In this document: in pieces, positions 17,858 to 25,920 of the stretch
Numbering within the stretch: the stretch's first letter is position 1
How the letters are laid out: each line of letters starts with the position of its first letter
Sequence record: PX309103.1
Source of the DNA: a phage
Length of the DNA stretch: 39,129 bases
Reading direction: 5' to 3' (one strand)
Made by a program: the position numbers and the translations under genes
The notes under the pieces: generated by a model
Database searches by the model: none
What the model saw: only the letters and a program-made list of their open reading frames with translations
Told to the model about the DNA's origin: nothing

Positions 17858-19426
17858 ATGGCTGAACGTGAAGGGTTCGCTGCTGAAGGGGCCAAAGCGG
17901 TCTATGACCGACTGAAGAACGGTAGACAGCCATATGAGACACGCGCTCAGAACTGTGCTGCTGTCACTATCCCGTCACTGTTTCCTAAGGAGTCCGACAA
18001 CTCGTCTACTGAGTACACAACTCCGTGGCAAGCTGTAGGTGCTCGCTGTTTGAACAACTTGGCTGCAAAGCTGATGTTGGCATTATTCCCTCAGTCACCG
18101 TGGATGCGACTGACAGTCTCCGAATATGAGGCCAAGACCTTGAGTCAGGACTCAGAGGCTGCTGCTCGTGTTGACGAAGGGCTTGCTATGGTCGAGCGTG
18201 TGTTGATGGCCTACATGGAGACTAACAGTTTCCGTGTGCCATTGTTCGAAGCTCTGAAGCAGCTTATAGTCTCCGGTAACTGTCTGCTCTACATTCCAGA
18301 GCCTGAACAGGGTACTTACAGTCCTATGCGAATGTACCGCTTAGTGTCCTACGTTGTTCAACGTGATGCTTTCGGTAATATCTTGCAGATTGTGACTCTC
18401 GACAAGGTAGCGTTTAGTGCTCTACCGGAAGACGTGAAGTCTCAACTCAACGCAGACGACTATGAGCCTGACACAGAGCTGGAAGTATATACGCACATCT
18501 ACCGTCAAGACGACGAGTATCTGCGCTACGAGGAAGTGGAAGGCATTGAGGTGACAGGGACCGATGGTTCCTACCCGCTGACTGCATGTCCATATATCCC
18601 GGTACGAATGGTTCGACTGGATGGTGAAGACTATGGTCGTTCTTACTGCGAGGAGTATCTGGGAGACCTGAACTCGCTGGAGACGATTACAGAAGCTATC
18701 ACCAAAATGGCTAAGGTAGCCTCCAAGGTGATTGGCCTCGTTAACCCGAACGGCATCACGCAACCTCGACGTCTGAACAAGGCGGCTACAGGTGAGTTCG
18801 TGGCTGGTCGCGTTGATGACATCAGCTTCCTGCAACTGACGAAAGGTCAGGACTTTACGATTGCTAAGTCGGTGGCTGACGCTATCGAGCAACGTTTAGG
18901 TTGGGCCTTCCTTCTTAATAGTGCTGTTCAGCGTAATGCCGAGCGTGTCACTGCTGAAGAGATTCGTTATGTTGCTGGCGAACTGGAGGCGACCTTAGGT
19001 GGCGTGTACTCAGTACAGTCACAAGAGCTTCAGTTACCTATCGTCCGTGTGCTGATGAACCAGCTTCAGTCTGCTGGCATGATTCCTGACCTTCCGAAAG
19101 AAGCGGTAGAGCCTACTGTCTCCACTGGTCTGGAAGCGTTAGGTCGTGGTCAGGACTTGGAGAAGCTAACTCAGGCGGTTAACATGATGACTGGTCTTCA
19201 GCCGCTATCTCAGGACCCGGACATCAACTTGCCGACCCTTAAGCTACGACTCCTGAACGCTCTGGGTATCGACACCGCTGGCCTACTCCTGACGCAAGAC
19301 GAGAAGATTCAGCGCATGGCTGAGCAGTCGTCTCAACAGGCAGTTGTCCAAGGTGCTGGCGCTGCTGGTGCTAACATGGGCGCTGCTGTAGGTCAGGAAG
19401 CTGGTGAGGACATGGCTCAAGCCTAA
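17858..19426 (+). CDS. Head-to-tail connector (portal) protein (gp8 family)
   Basis: 522 aa; extensive T7 gp8 similarity (PYETRAQNCA, YRLVSYVVQRDAFGN, RMVRLDGEDYGRSY). Confidence 0.96.
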   Translation: MAEREGFAAEGAKAVYDRLKNGRQPYETRAQNCAAVTIPSLFPKESDNSSTEYTTPWQAVGARCLNNLAAKLMLALFPQSPWMRLTVSEYEAKTLSQDSEAAARVDEGLAMVERVLMAYMETNSFRVPLFEALKQLIVSGNCLLYIPEPEQGTYSPMRMYRLVSYVVQRDAFGNILQIVTLDKVAFSALPEDVKSQLNADDYEPDTELEVYTHIYRQDDEYLRYEEVEGIEVTGTDGSYPLTACPYIPVRMVRLDGEDYGRSYCEEYLGDLNSLETITEAITKMAKVASKVIGLVNPNGITQPRRLNKAATGEFVAGRVDDISFLQLTKGQDFTIAKSVADAIEQRLGWAFLLNSAVQRNAERVTAEEIRYVAGELEATLGGVYSVQSQELQLPIVRVLMNQLQSAGMIPDLPKEAVEPTVSTGLEALGRGQDLEKLTQAVNMMTGLQPLSQDPDINLPTLKLRLLNALGIDTAGLLLTQDEKIQRMAEQSSQQAVVQGAGAAGANMGAAVGQEAGEDMAQA

Positions 19427-19445
19427 ACTATCACTATAGGAACAA
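19423..19445 (+). promoter_or_regulatory. Phage RNAP promoter (phi9-like)
   Basis: TAAACTATCACTATAGGAACA. Confidence 0.85.
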
Positions 19446-19523
19446 CACCGTAAGTCCAACTCTAGGGGAGTAAACTAGACGAGGCAGGTGTTGCCTATTA
19501 ACGACTTAAAGGAGAATGACTCA

Positions 19524-20408
19524 ATGTCTCAATCAGTTTATGCCGAGTTCGGCGTTAGCTCTAATGCAATCACTGGTTCCGTTGAGGACCTGAACGAACA
19601 CCAGAAGTCTATGCTTGAACAGGACGTAGCTGTTCGTGATGGCGATGACGCTATTACCTTCAAGCAACTGGAAGCCGAAAACGAAGAGGCGACCGAAGAA
19701 GACGAGAACGTCGAAGAGGCTGAAGGTGAAGAAGACCACGAGTCCGATGACGAAGAGTCTGAGACCGATGGTGAGCAGCCTGAGTTCATCGAACTTGGTG
19801 ATGCACCAAAAGAGCTGACCGAAAGTGTCACCTATCTGGATGAAAACGAAGCTGCATTTGACGACATGGTGTCTTCTGCTGTAGAAGCTGGCAAGGTCAC
19901 TGCTGATGAAATTACCGCTATCAAGGCTGAATACGCCAAGGACGGTAAGCTGTCTGACGCATCCTACGCTAAGTTGCAGGAAGCAGGTTACACCAAGCGT
20001 TTCGTAGATTCGTTTGTCCGTGGTCAGGAAGCTCTGGCTGAACAGTATGCTGCTGGTGTGGTTCGCTACGCTGGTGGTGCTGAACAGTTTAATCGCATCC
20101 TGTCACACCTTGAGTCCAACGACCCGTCAACTCGTGAAGCACTGGAAGCTGCTATCATTCGTAAGGACATTGCGACTACCAAAGCTCTGCTGAATCTGGC
20201 TGGCAAGACTCTGGGTAAAGCTGTGGGTGTTAAACCTCAGCGTACCATCACCACTCAGGCTAAACCTGTGGTCGCACCTAAGGCTCCTCAGACCGAAGCA
20301 TTCAGCTCCAAGGCTGACATGATTAAGGCTATGAGTGACCCGCGATACCTGCGTGACGCTAAGTACACGATGGAAGTTCGCGCTAAGGTAGCTGCCTCAA
20401 GCCTGTAG
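19524..20408 (+). CDS. Capsid assembly (scaffolding) protein (gp9 family)
   Basis: Acidic protein; AKLQEAGYTKRFVDSFVRGQEAL and MIKAMSDPRY match T7 gp9; start ATG 19524 with AAGGAGA RBS. Confidence 0.9.
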   Translation: MSQSVYAEFGVSSNAITGSVEDLNEHQKSMLEQDVAVRDGDDAITFKQLEAENEEATEEDENVEEAEGEEDHESDDEESETDGEQPEFIELGDAPKELTESVTYLDENEAAFDDMVSSAVEAGKVTADEITAIKAEYAKDGKLSDASYAKLQEAGYTKRFVDSFVRGQEALAEQYAAGVVRYAGGAEQFNRILSHLESNDPSTREALEAAIIRKDIATTKALLNLAGKTLGKAVGVKPQRTITTQAKPVVAPKAPQTEAFSSKADMIKAMSDPRYLRDAKYTMEVRAKVAASSL

Positions 20409-20410
20409 GA

Positions 20411-20433
20411 CTAAACTATCACTATAGGGAGAC
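20411..20433 (+). promoter_or_regulatory. Phage RNAP promoter (phi10-like)
   Basis: TAAACTATCACTATAGGGAGACC, followed by a GGGAGACC...GGUUCCC 5' stem-loop. Confidence 0.9.
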
Positions 20434-20533
20434 CAAGAGAAAGACTCAAGGTTCCCTATTACTTCAGTCCATACGGATTGGGCGTACAGTAAGTAATAAA
20501 CTTTATCCTTCAATTGAATAGGAGAATTATCAT

Positions 20534-21577
20534 ATGGCAAACGTTCCGGGTCAGAAAGTAGGTACAGACCAAGGCAAAGGCAAATCTGGTTCCGACGCTC
20601 TGGCGTTGTTCCTGAAGGTATTTGCTGGTGAAGTACTGACCGCATTCACTCGTCGCTCTGTAACTGCTGACAAGCATATTGTCCGTACCATTCAGAACGG
20701 TAAGTCTGCTCAGTTCCCGGTCATGGGTCGCACCTCTGGTGTGTATCTGGCTCCTGGTGAGCGACTGTCCGATAAGCGTAAAAGTATCAAACATACCGAG
20801 AAAATTATTACCATTGATGGTCTGCTGACTGCCGATGTGATGATTTTCGACATTGAAGACGCGATGAACCACTACGACGTGGCTGGCGAGTATTCCAACC
20901 AGTTGGGCGAAGCTCTGGCTATCGCTGCCGATGGTGCTGTTCTGGCTGAAATGGCCACCCTGTGTAACCTCCCGGCTGCATCCAACGAGAACATTGCTGG
21001 TCTGGGCACTGCGTCCGTACTTGAAGTTGGTAAGGAAGCTGACCTCAACACCCCGGCTAAACTGGGCGAAGCAATCATCGGTCAACTGACCATTGCTCGT
21101 GCGAAGCTGACCTCCAACTACGTTCCTGCTGGCGACCGTTACTTCTACACCACGCCGGACAACTACTCTGCAATCCTCGCGGCTCTGATGCCGAACGCTG
21201 CTAACTATGCTGCGCTGATTGACCCAGAGACTGGTAACATCCGTAACGTAATGGGCTTCGTGGTTGTTGAAGTTCCACACTTGACTCAGGGTGGTGCTGG
21301 TGAAACTCGTGGTGACGATGGTATCACTATTGCGACTGGTCAGAAGCACGCCTTCCCAGCTACTGCTACTGGTAATGTTAAAGTTGCTCTGAACAACGTT
21401 GTGGGCCTGTTCTCTCACCGTTCTGCTGTGGGTACTGTGAAGCTGCGCGACTTGGCGCTGGAACGTGACCGTGACGTCGATGCTCAGGGCGACCTGATTG
21501 TTGGTAAATACGCTATGGGTCACGGCGGTCTGCGTCCTGAAGCGGCTGGCGCACTGGTTTTCAGCCCAGCGGCGTAA
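20534..21577 (+). CDS. Major capsid protein 10A
   Basis: 347 aa; strong T7 gp10A similarity (LALFLKVF, KSAQFPV, AILAALMPNAANYAALIDPE, HRSAVGTVKLRDLALER). Confidence 0.97.
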   Translation: MANVPGQKVGTDQGKGKSGSDALALFLKVFAGEVLTAFTRRSVTADKHIVRTIQNGKSAQFPVMGRTSGVYLAPGERLSDKRKSIKHTEKIITIDGLLTADVMIFDIEDAMNHYDVAGEYSNQLGEALAIAADGAVLAEMATLCNLPAASNENIAGLGTASVLEVGKEADLNTPAKLGEAIIGQLTIARAKLTSNYVPAGDRYFYTTPDNYSAILAALMPNAANYAALIDPETGNIRNVMGFVVVEVPHLTQGGAGETRGDDGITIATGQKHAFPATATGNVKVALNNVVGLFSHRSAVGTVKLRDLALERDRDVDAQGDLIVGKYAMGHGGLRPEAAGALVFSPAA

Positions 21578-21708
21578 GCACCTTTAGCCAACCTAACGTC
21601 GCTACAGTAGCGGCTGCACCTGAAGAGGAGACTCTAACTCCTCAGCAGAAAGCTGCGCGTACTCGTGCTGCGAACAGGGCCGCTAAACTGGCTGAGTCCA
21701 ACAACTAA
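20534..21708 (+). CDS. Minor capsid protein 10B, predicted -1 frameshift product
   Basis: Slippery heptamer G GTT TTC at 21556-21562, 4 codons before the 10A stop; the -1 frame stays open to TAA at 21706-21708. Confidence 0.65.
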
Positions 21709-21711
21709 TTG

Positions 21712-21750
21712 AAACCCCTTGGGTGCCTTCGGGTGCTTGAGGGGTTTTTG
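21712..21750 (+). terminator. Intrinsic terminator after capsid gene (T-phi-like)
   Basis: GC-rich hairpin CCCCUUGGGUGCC-UUCG-GGUGCUUGAGGGG followed by UUUUU. Confidence 0.85.
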
Positions 21751-21768
21751 CTTAAAGTGAGGATGATT

Positions 21769-21858
21769 ATGTTTTACTTACTTACAGCCTTGGGACTATT
21801 TGTTAGTTTCTGGGCGATTATATTATTAACCGGACCATGCAGTCCTTACGACAGATAG
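21769..21858 (+). CDS. Small hydrophobic ORF (29 aa) between terminator and gene 11
   Basis: MFYLLTALGLFVSFWAIILLTGPCSPYDR; GAGG 6 nt upstream. Confidence 0.3.
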   Translation: MFYLLTALGLFVSFWAIILLTGPCSPYDR

Positions 21859-21866
21859 GAGGGAGT

Positions 21867-22433
21867 ATGGCTCAATACATTCCACTGAATGCTAACGATG
21901 ACTTAGACGCTATCAACGATATGCTAGCTGCTATCGGTGAACCGGCAGTCCTACAGCTTGACGAGGGGAACGCTGACGTCTCGAACGCCCAACGTATCCT
22001 GCATCGTGTCAATCGTCAGGTCCAAGCTAAAGGCTGGAACTTTAACATCAATGAAGCTGCTGTCCTGACACCTGATGTCCAAGACAATAGGATTCGATTC
22101 TTGCCGTCATACCTTCGTGTAATGACCGCTGGGGCCACCAGCTACTACAGCAACATGGGTGGATACCTGTACGACCTGTCCACTCAGTCGACCACTTTCA
22201 CCGACCCTATCACGGTAGAGCTTGTGGAGATGAAGCCATTCTCCGAGATGCCTGTGGTCTTCAGGGACTACATCGTCACTAAAGCTAGCCGTGAGTTCAA
22301 CGCTAAGTTCTTCGGTAGCCCAGAGTCTGAACTGTACCTTCGTGAGCAGGAAGCAGATCTCTATCAGCAGGTCATGGAATACGAGATGGATACTGGTCGC
22401 TACAACATGATGTCTGACATCGGGAGAGACTAA
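21867..22433 (+). CDS. Tail tubular protein A (gp11 family)
   Basis: T7 gp11 similarity (AINDMLAAIGEP, GWNFNINEA, YIVTKASREFNAKFFG); start ATG 21867 with GGAGGGAG RBS. Confidence 0.93.
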   Translation: MAQYIPLNANDDLDAINDMLAAIGEPAVLQLDEGNADVSNAQRILHRVNRQVQAKGWNFNINEAAVLTPDVQDNRIRFLPSYLRVMTAGATSYYSNMGGYLYDLSTQSTTFTDPITVELVEMKPFSEMPVVFRDYIVTKASREFNAKFFGSPESELYLREQEADLYQQVMEYEMDTGRYNMMSDIGRD

Positions 22434-24790
22434 TGCCGCTTATTACGCAAAGCATAAAAAATCTTAAGGGTGGCATTAGCCAACAGCCTGACATACTGAG
22501 GTTCTCAGACCAAGGCGAGTCACAGGTTAACTGCTGGTCATCCGAGAGTGATGGCCTCCAGAAGCGCCCACCTACAGTCTTCAAGCGACGTCTTAACATC
22601 GACGTTGGGAGCAACCCTAAGTTCCACCTGATTAACCGTGACGAGCATGAGCAGTATTACATCGTGTTCAATGGGTCCAACATTCAGGTAGTTGACTTGA
22701 GTGGTAATCAATACTCAGTGTCAGGTGCGGTAGACTACGTTAAGTCCTCCAACCCACGAGATGACATCCGTGTCGTTACCGTGGCAGACTATACGTTCGT
22801 CGTTAACCGTAAGGTTGTCGTCAAAGGTGGAAGCGAGAAGTCACACTCTGGTTATAACCGCAAAGCACGAGCTTTAATTAACCTGCGTGGTGGACAGTAT
22901 GGTCGAACCCTTAAGGTGGGAATCAACGGTGGCGTTAAGGTCTCGCATAAGCTACCAGCAGGTAATGATGCCGAGAATGACCCGCCTAAGGTGGACGCTC
23001 AGGCCATTGGTGCAGCTCTGAGAGACCTTCTTGTTGCTTCCTATCCTACCTTCACGTTTGACCTTGGGTCTGGCTTCCTGCTAATCACAGCTCCTTCAGG
23101 GACCGACATTAACTCAGTGGAGACGGAGGATGGCTACGCTAACCAGCTAATAAGTCCAGTCCTAGACACTGTGCAGACAATCTCTAAACTACCTCTTGCC
23201 GCTCCTAATGGGTATATCATTAAGATTCAAGGTGAAACAAACAGTAGCGCCGATGAATACTACGTGATGTATGACTCCAACACTAAGACGTGGAAGGAGA
23301 CAGTGGAGCCGGGAGTTGTCACTGGGTTCGATAGCACCACAATGCCACACGCTCTGGTACGACAATCTGATGGCTCCTTTGAGTTCAAGACTCTGGATTG
23401 GTCCAAGCGTGGTTCTGGTAACGATGACACAAACCCTATGCCTAGCTTCGTGGATGCTGCGATTAATGATGTGTTCTTCTACAGGAACAGGCTTGGGTTC
23501 TTGTCGGGTGAGAACGTAATCATGAGCCGTTCAGCCAGCTACTTTTCGTTCTTCCCTAAGAGTGTGGCGACACTGAGTGATGATGATCCTATTGATGTAG
23601 CTGTAAGCCACCCTCGAATCTCAATCCTTAAGTATGCCGTTCCGTTTAGCGAGCAGCTACTACTTTGGTCGGATGAGGTTCAGTTCGTGATGACAAGCTC
23701 TGGGGTCCTTACCTCGAAGTCTATCCAGCTTGATGTAGGCTCAGAGTTTGCCTTAGGCGACAATGCCAGACCGTTCGCTGTAGGACGCTCAGTCTTCTTC
23801 TCAGCTCCTCGTGGGTCATTCACCAGCATTAAGCGATACTTCGCTGTAGCTGATGTGTCTGATGTGAAGGATGCTGATGATACAACCGGTCACGTATTGT
23901 CCTACATCCCTAACGGGGTGTTTGATATTCAAGGTACAGGGACTGAGAACTACATCTGCGTCAACTCTACAGGTGCATACAACAGTATCTACATCTACAA
24001 GTTCTTGTTTAAGGACGGCGTACAGCTTCAAGCCTCTTGGTCACACTGGGAGTTCCCTAAAGATGATAAGATTCTGGCGTCTGCTTCTATTGGCTCTACC
24101 ATGTTCATCGTTCGGCAGCATCAAGGAGGGGTAGACATTGAGCACCTTAAGTTCATCAAGGAGGCAACTGACTTCCCGTCAGAGCCATATAGACTACACA
24201 TTGACTCCAAGGTGTCTATGGTAATTCCAATTGGCTCATATAATGCTGACACCTATAAGACTACGGTTGACATTGGTGCTGCTTATGGTGGCAACGCTCC
24301 GTCTCCCGGTCGGTACTATCTGATTGACAGTCAGGGTGCTTATGTGGACCTTGGGGACTTGACCAGTATCTCTACTGTGATTACCCTCAACGGCGATTGG
24401 TCAGGACGTACAGTGTTCATCGGACGGCCCTATCTGATGTCCTACAAGTTCTCACGGTTCCTGATTAAGATTGAAGATGATAGTGGCACTCAGTCTGAAG
24501 ACACTGGTCGTCTACAGCTTCGTCGGGCTTGGGTCAACTACAAGGACACTGGCGCTCTGAGACTCATTGTCAGAAACGGTGAGCGGGAGTTCGTGAATAC
24601 CTTCAACGGGTACACCCTTGGTCAGCAAACCATCGGTACTACAAACATTGGTGACGGGCAGTATCGATTCGCTATGAATGGTAACGCATTAACCACGAGT
24701 CTAACCTTAGAGTCCGACTATCCTACCCCAGTGTCCATCGTTGGGTGTGGCTGGGAGGCATCATACGCTAAGAAAGCTCGTTCAGTCTAA
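22433..24790 (+). CDS. Tail tubular protein B (gp12 family)
   Basis: 785 aa, in synteny with T7 gene 12. Confidence 0.9.
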   Translation: MPLITQSIKNLKGGISQQPDILRFSDQGESQVNCWSSESDGLQKRPPTVFKRRLNIDVGSNPKFHLINRDEHEQYYIVFNGSNIQVVDLSGNQYSVSGAVDYVKSSNPRDDIRVVTVADYTFVVNRKVVVKGGSEKSHSGYNRKARALINLRGGQYGRTLKVGINGGVKVSHKLPAGNDAENDPPKVDAQAIGAALRDLLVASYPTFTFDLGSGFLLITAPSGTDINSVETEDGYANQLISPVLDTVQTISKLPLAAPNGYIIKIQGETNSSADEYYVMYDSNTKTWKETVEPGVVTGFDSTTMPHALVRQSDGSFEFKTLDWSKRGSGNDDTNPMPSFVDAAINDVFFYRNRLGFLSGENVIMSRSASYFSFFPKSVATLSDDDPIDVAVSHPRISILKYAVPFSEQLLLWSDEVQFVMTSSGVLTSKSIQLDVGSEFALGDNARPFAVGRSVFFSAPRGSFTSIKRYFAVADVSDVKDADDTTGHVLSYIPNGVFDIQGTGTENYICVNSTGAYNSIYIYKFLFKDGVQLQASWSHWEFPKDDKILASASIGSTMFIVRQHQGGVDIEHLKFIKEATDFPSEPYRLHIDSKVSMVIPIGSYNADTYKTTVDIGAAYGGNAPSPGRYYLIDSQGAYVDLGDLTSISTVITLNGDWSGRTVFIGRPYLMSYKFSRFLIKIEDDSGTQSEDTGRLQLRRAWVNYKDTGALRLIVRNGEREFVNTFNGYTLGQQTIGTTNIGDGQYRFAMNGNALTTSLTLESDYPTPVSIVGCGWEASYAKKARSV

Positions 24791-24824
24791 CTTATTGAAG
24801 GGCCTATAGATTTACCTTAACTAT

Positions 24825-24847
24825 CACTATAGGGACTATAGGCCCTT
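24825..24847 (+). promoter_or_regulatory. Phage RNAP promoter (phi13-like)
   Basis: TTAACTATCACTATAGGGACT, flanked by inverted repeat AGGGCCTATAG / CTATAGGCCCT. Confidence 0.85.
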
Positions 24848-24866
24848 AAGGTTATAAGGAGACTTT

Positions 24867-25349
24867 ATGTATATTCGCAAGGCTACGGAACCGGATGTCC
24901 ACTACTTTCTGTGGCATCTTTCAGCAGATGATGTTAATGAGTGCAAAGCAAACTATGGGTCAACCGTTGGTCTCTCTGAAAGACTGCTTAAGCACCTATC
25001 TCCGTCATCTGTGGTTTTAACGAACGGTGTAGGCGAAGTGTTTGCCTATGGTGGAAACCAAGGGGATAACGTATGGTTCTTGACTTCCGGTCTGGTCTAT
25101 AAGCTGAGACCTAAAGAGAAGCGAGAGTTCATAAAGCGTATCTCTGAGTACAGGGACTTAATGTTAGACCAATACGGGACCATCTGGAACTACGTGTGGT
25201 CAGGCAATAAGTCTCACATTAAATTCTTGAAGTCGCTTGGGGCTAAGTTCCATGATGATTGGACTATCAGCCCGGTAACTGGTGAGCGTTTTCAATTATT
25301 CACTATCTCTAAGGAGGACGTATGTGTGAACCAGTATCCATCGGCCTAG
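24867..25349 (+). CDS. gp13-position protein (internal virion protein A-like by synteny)
   Basis: 160 aa ORF with AAGGAG RBS; assigned by position only. Confidence 0.5.
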   Translation: MYIRKATEPDVHYFLWHLSADDVNECKANYGSTVGLSERLLKHLSPSSVVLTNGVGEVFAYGGNQGDNVWFLTSGLVYKLRPKEKREFIKRISEYRDLMLDQYGTIWNYVWSGNKSHIKFLKSLGAKFHDDWTISPVTGERFQLFTISKEDVCVNQYPSA

Positions 25350-25909
25350 GAGTCATGTCTGTAGCCGGGGCCACTATGTCCGCATCCCAGCAGGCCAAGG
25401 CCGAAGGTGCAGCAATTGACGCTCAGAACCGACAGGCTCAGGAAATGGTTAAGCAGATGAACTACTCTGACGCCAACCTGAAGATGCAGGAGCGAGACCT
25501 GAAGGAGCAGCAGATGGCTGAACTGACAGAGACCACGCTCAACGGTATCCGCAATCAGGGTATGGTCCGAGCTGCGGTGGCTGAGTCGGGTCTGGAAGGT
25601 AACTCTATGGACAGGATTGAACGTCAGGTCGAAGGAGATACAGTCAAGGAGCGAGCAGGGATTACCGAAAGTTACAACCGCGACTATGCGGCTATCTTCG
25701 GGAACCGTATCGCCAACATTGAGAACACCAAGTCTGCTATCCGTGGTCAAGGTAAAATCATCAAGACCAGTCCACTGACCCATGCACTTAATGTTGCTAA
25801 CGCCGGGATGCAAGGTTACGCCGCTGGTAAGTCAATCTCTGGAGCGTCAAGCTCTGGTGATGCTGCACCAATTAGTGCTGCTAAAGGCACACCTACAGGT
25901 CATAGCTAA
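25322..25909 (+). CDS. Internal virion protein B (gp14 family)
   Basis: N-terminus MCEPVSIGLG... and GNSMDRIERQVEGD resemble T7 gp14. Confidence 0.85.
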   Translation: MCEPVSIGLGVMSVAGATMSASQQAKAEGAAIDAQNRQAQEMVKQMNYSDANLKMQERDLKEQQMAELTETTLNGIRNQGMVRAAVAESGLEGNSMDRIERQVEGDTVKERAGITESYNRDYAAIFGNRIANIENTKSAIRGQGKIIKTSPLTHALNVANAGMQGYAAGKSISGASSSGDAAPISAAKGTPTGHS

Positions 25910-25920
25910 GAGGAGGACTA

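Noticed and set aside
18422-18892. 156-aa minus-strand ORF inside the portal gene, together with the other minus-strand ORFs in the track (for example 2734-3060, 4896-5207, 25346-25813, 34980-35375, 37776-38207)
   Set aside because: All are antisense to strongly conserved + strand genes, and T7-like phages transcribe one strand only; treated as spurious open frames
20510-21523. 337-aa minus-strand ORF antisense to the major capsid gene
   Set aside because: It lies wholly within the well-supported capsid gene on the opposite strand, has no RBS or promoter context, and its sequence is Val/Ser/Thr-rich antisense-type; every credible gene in this genome is on the + strand
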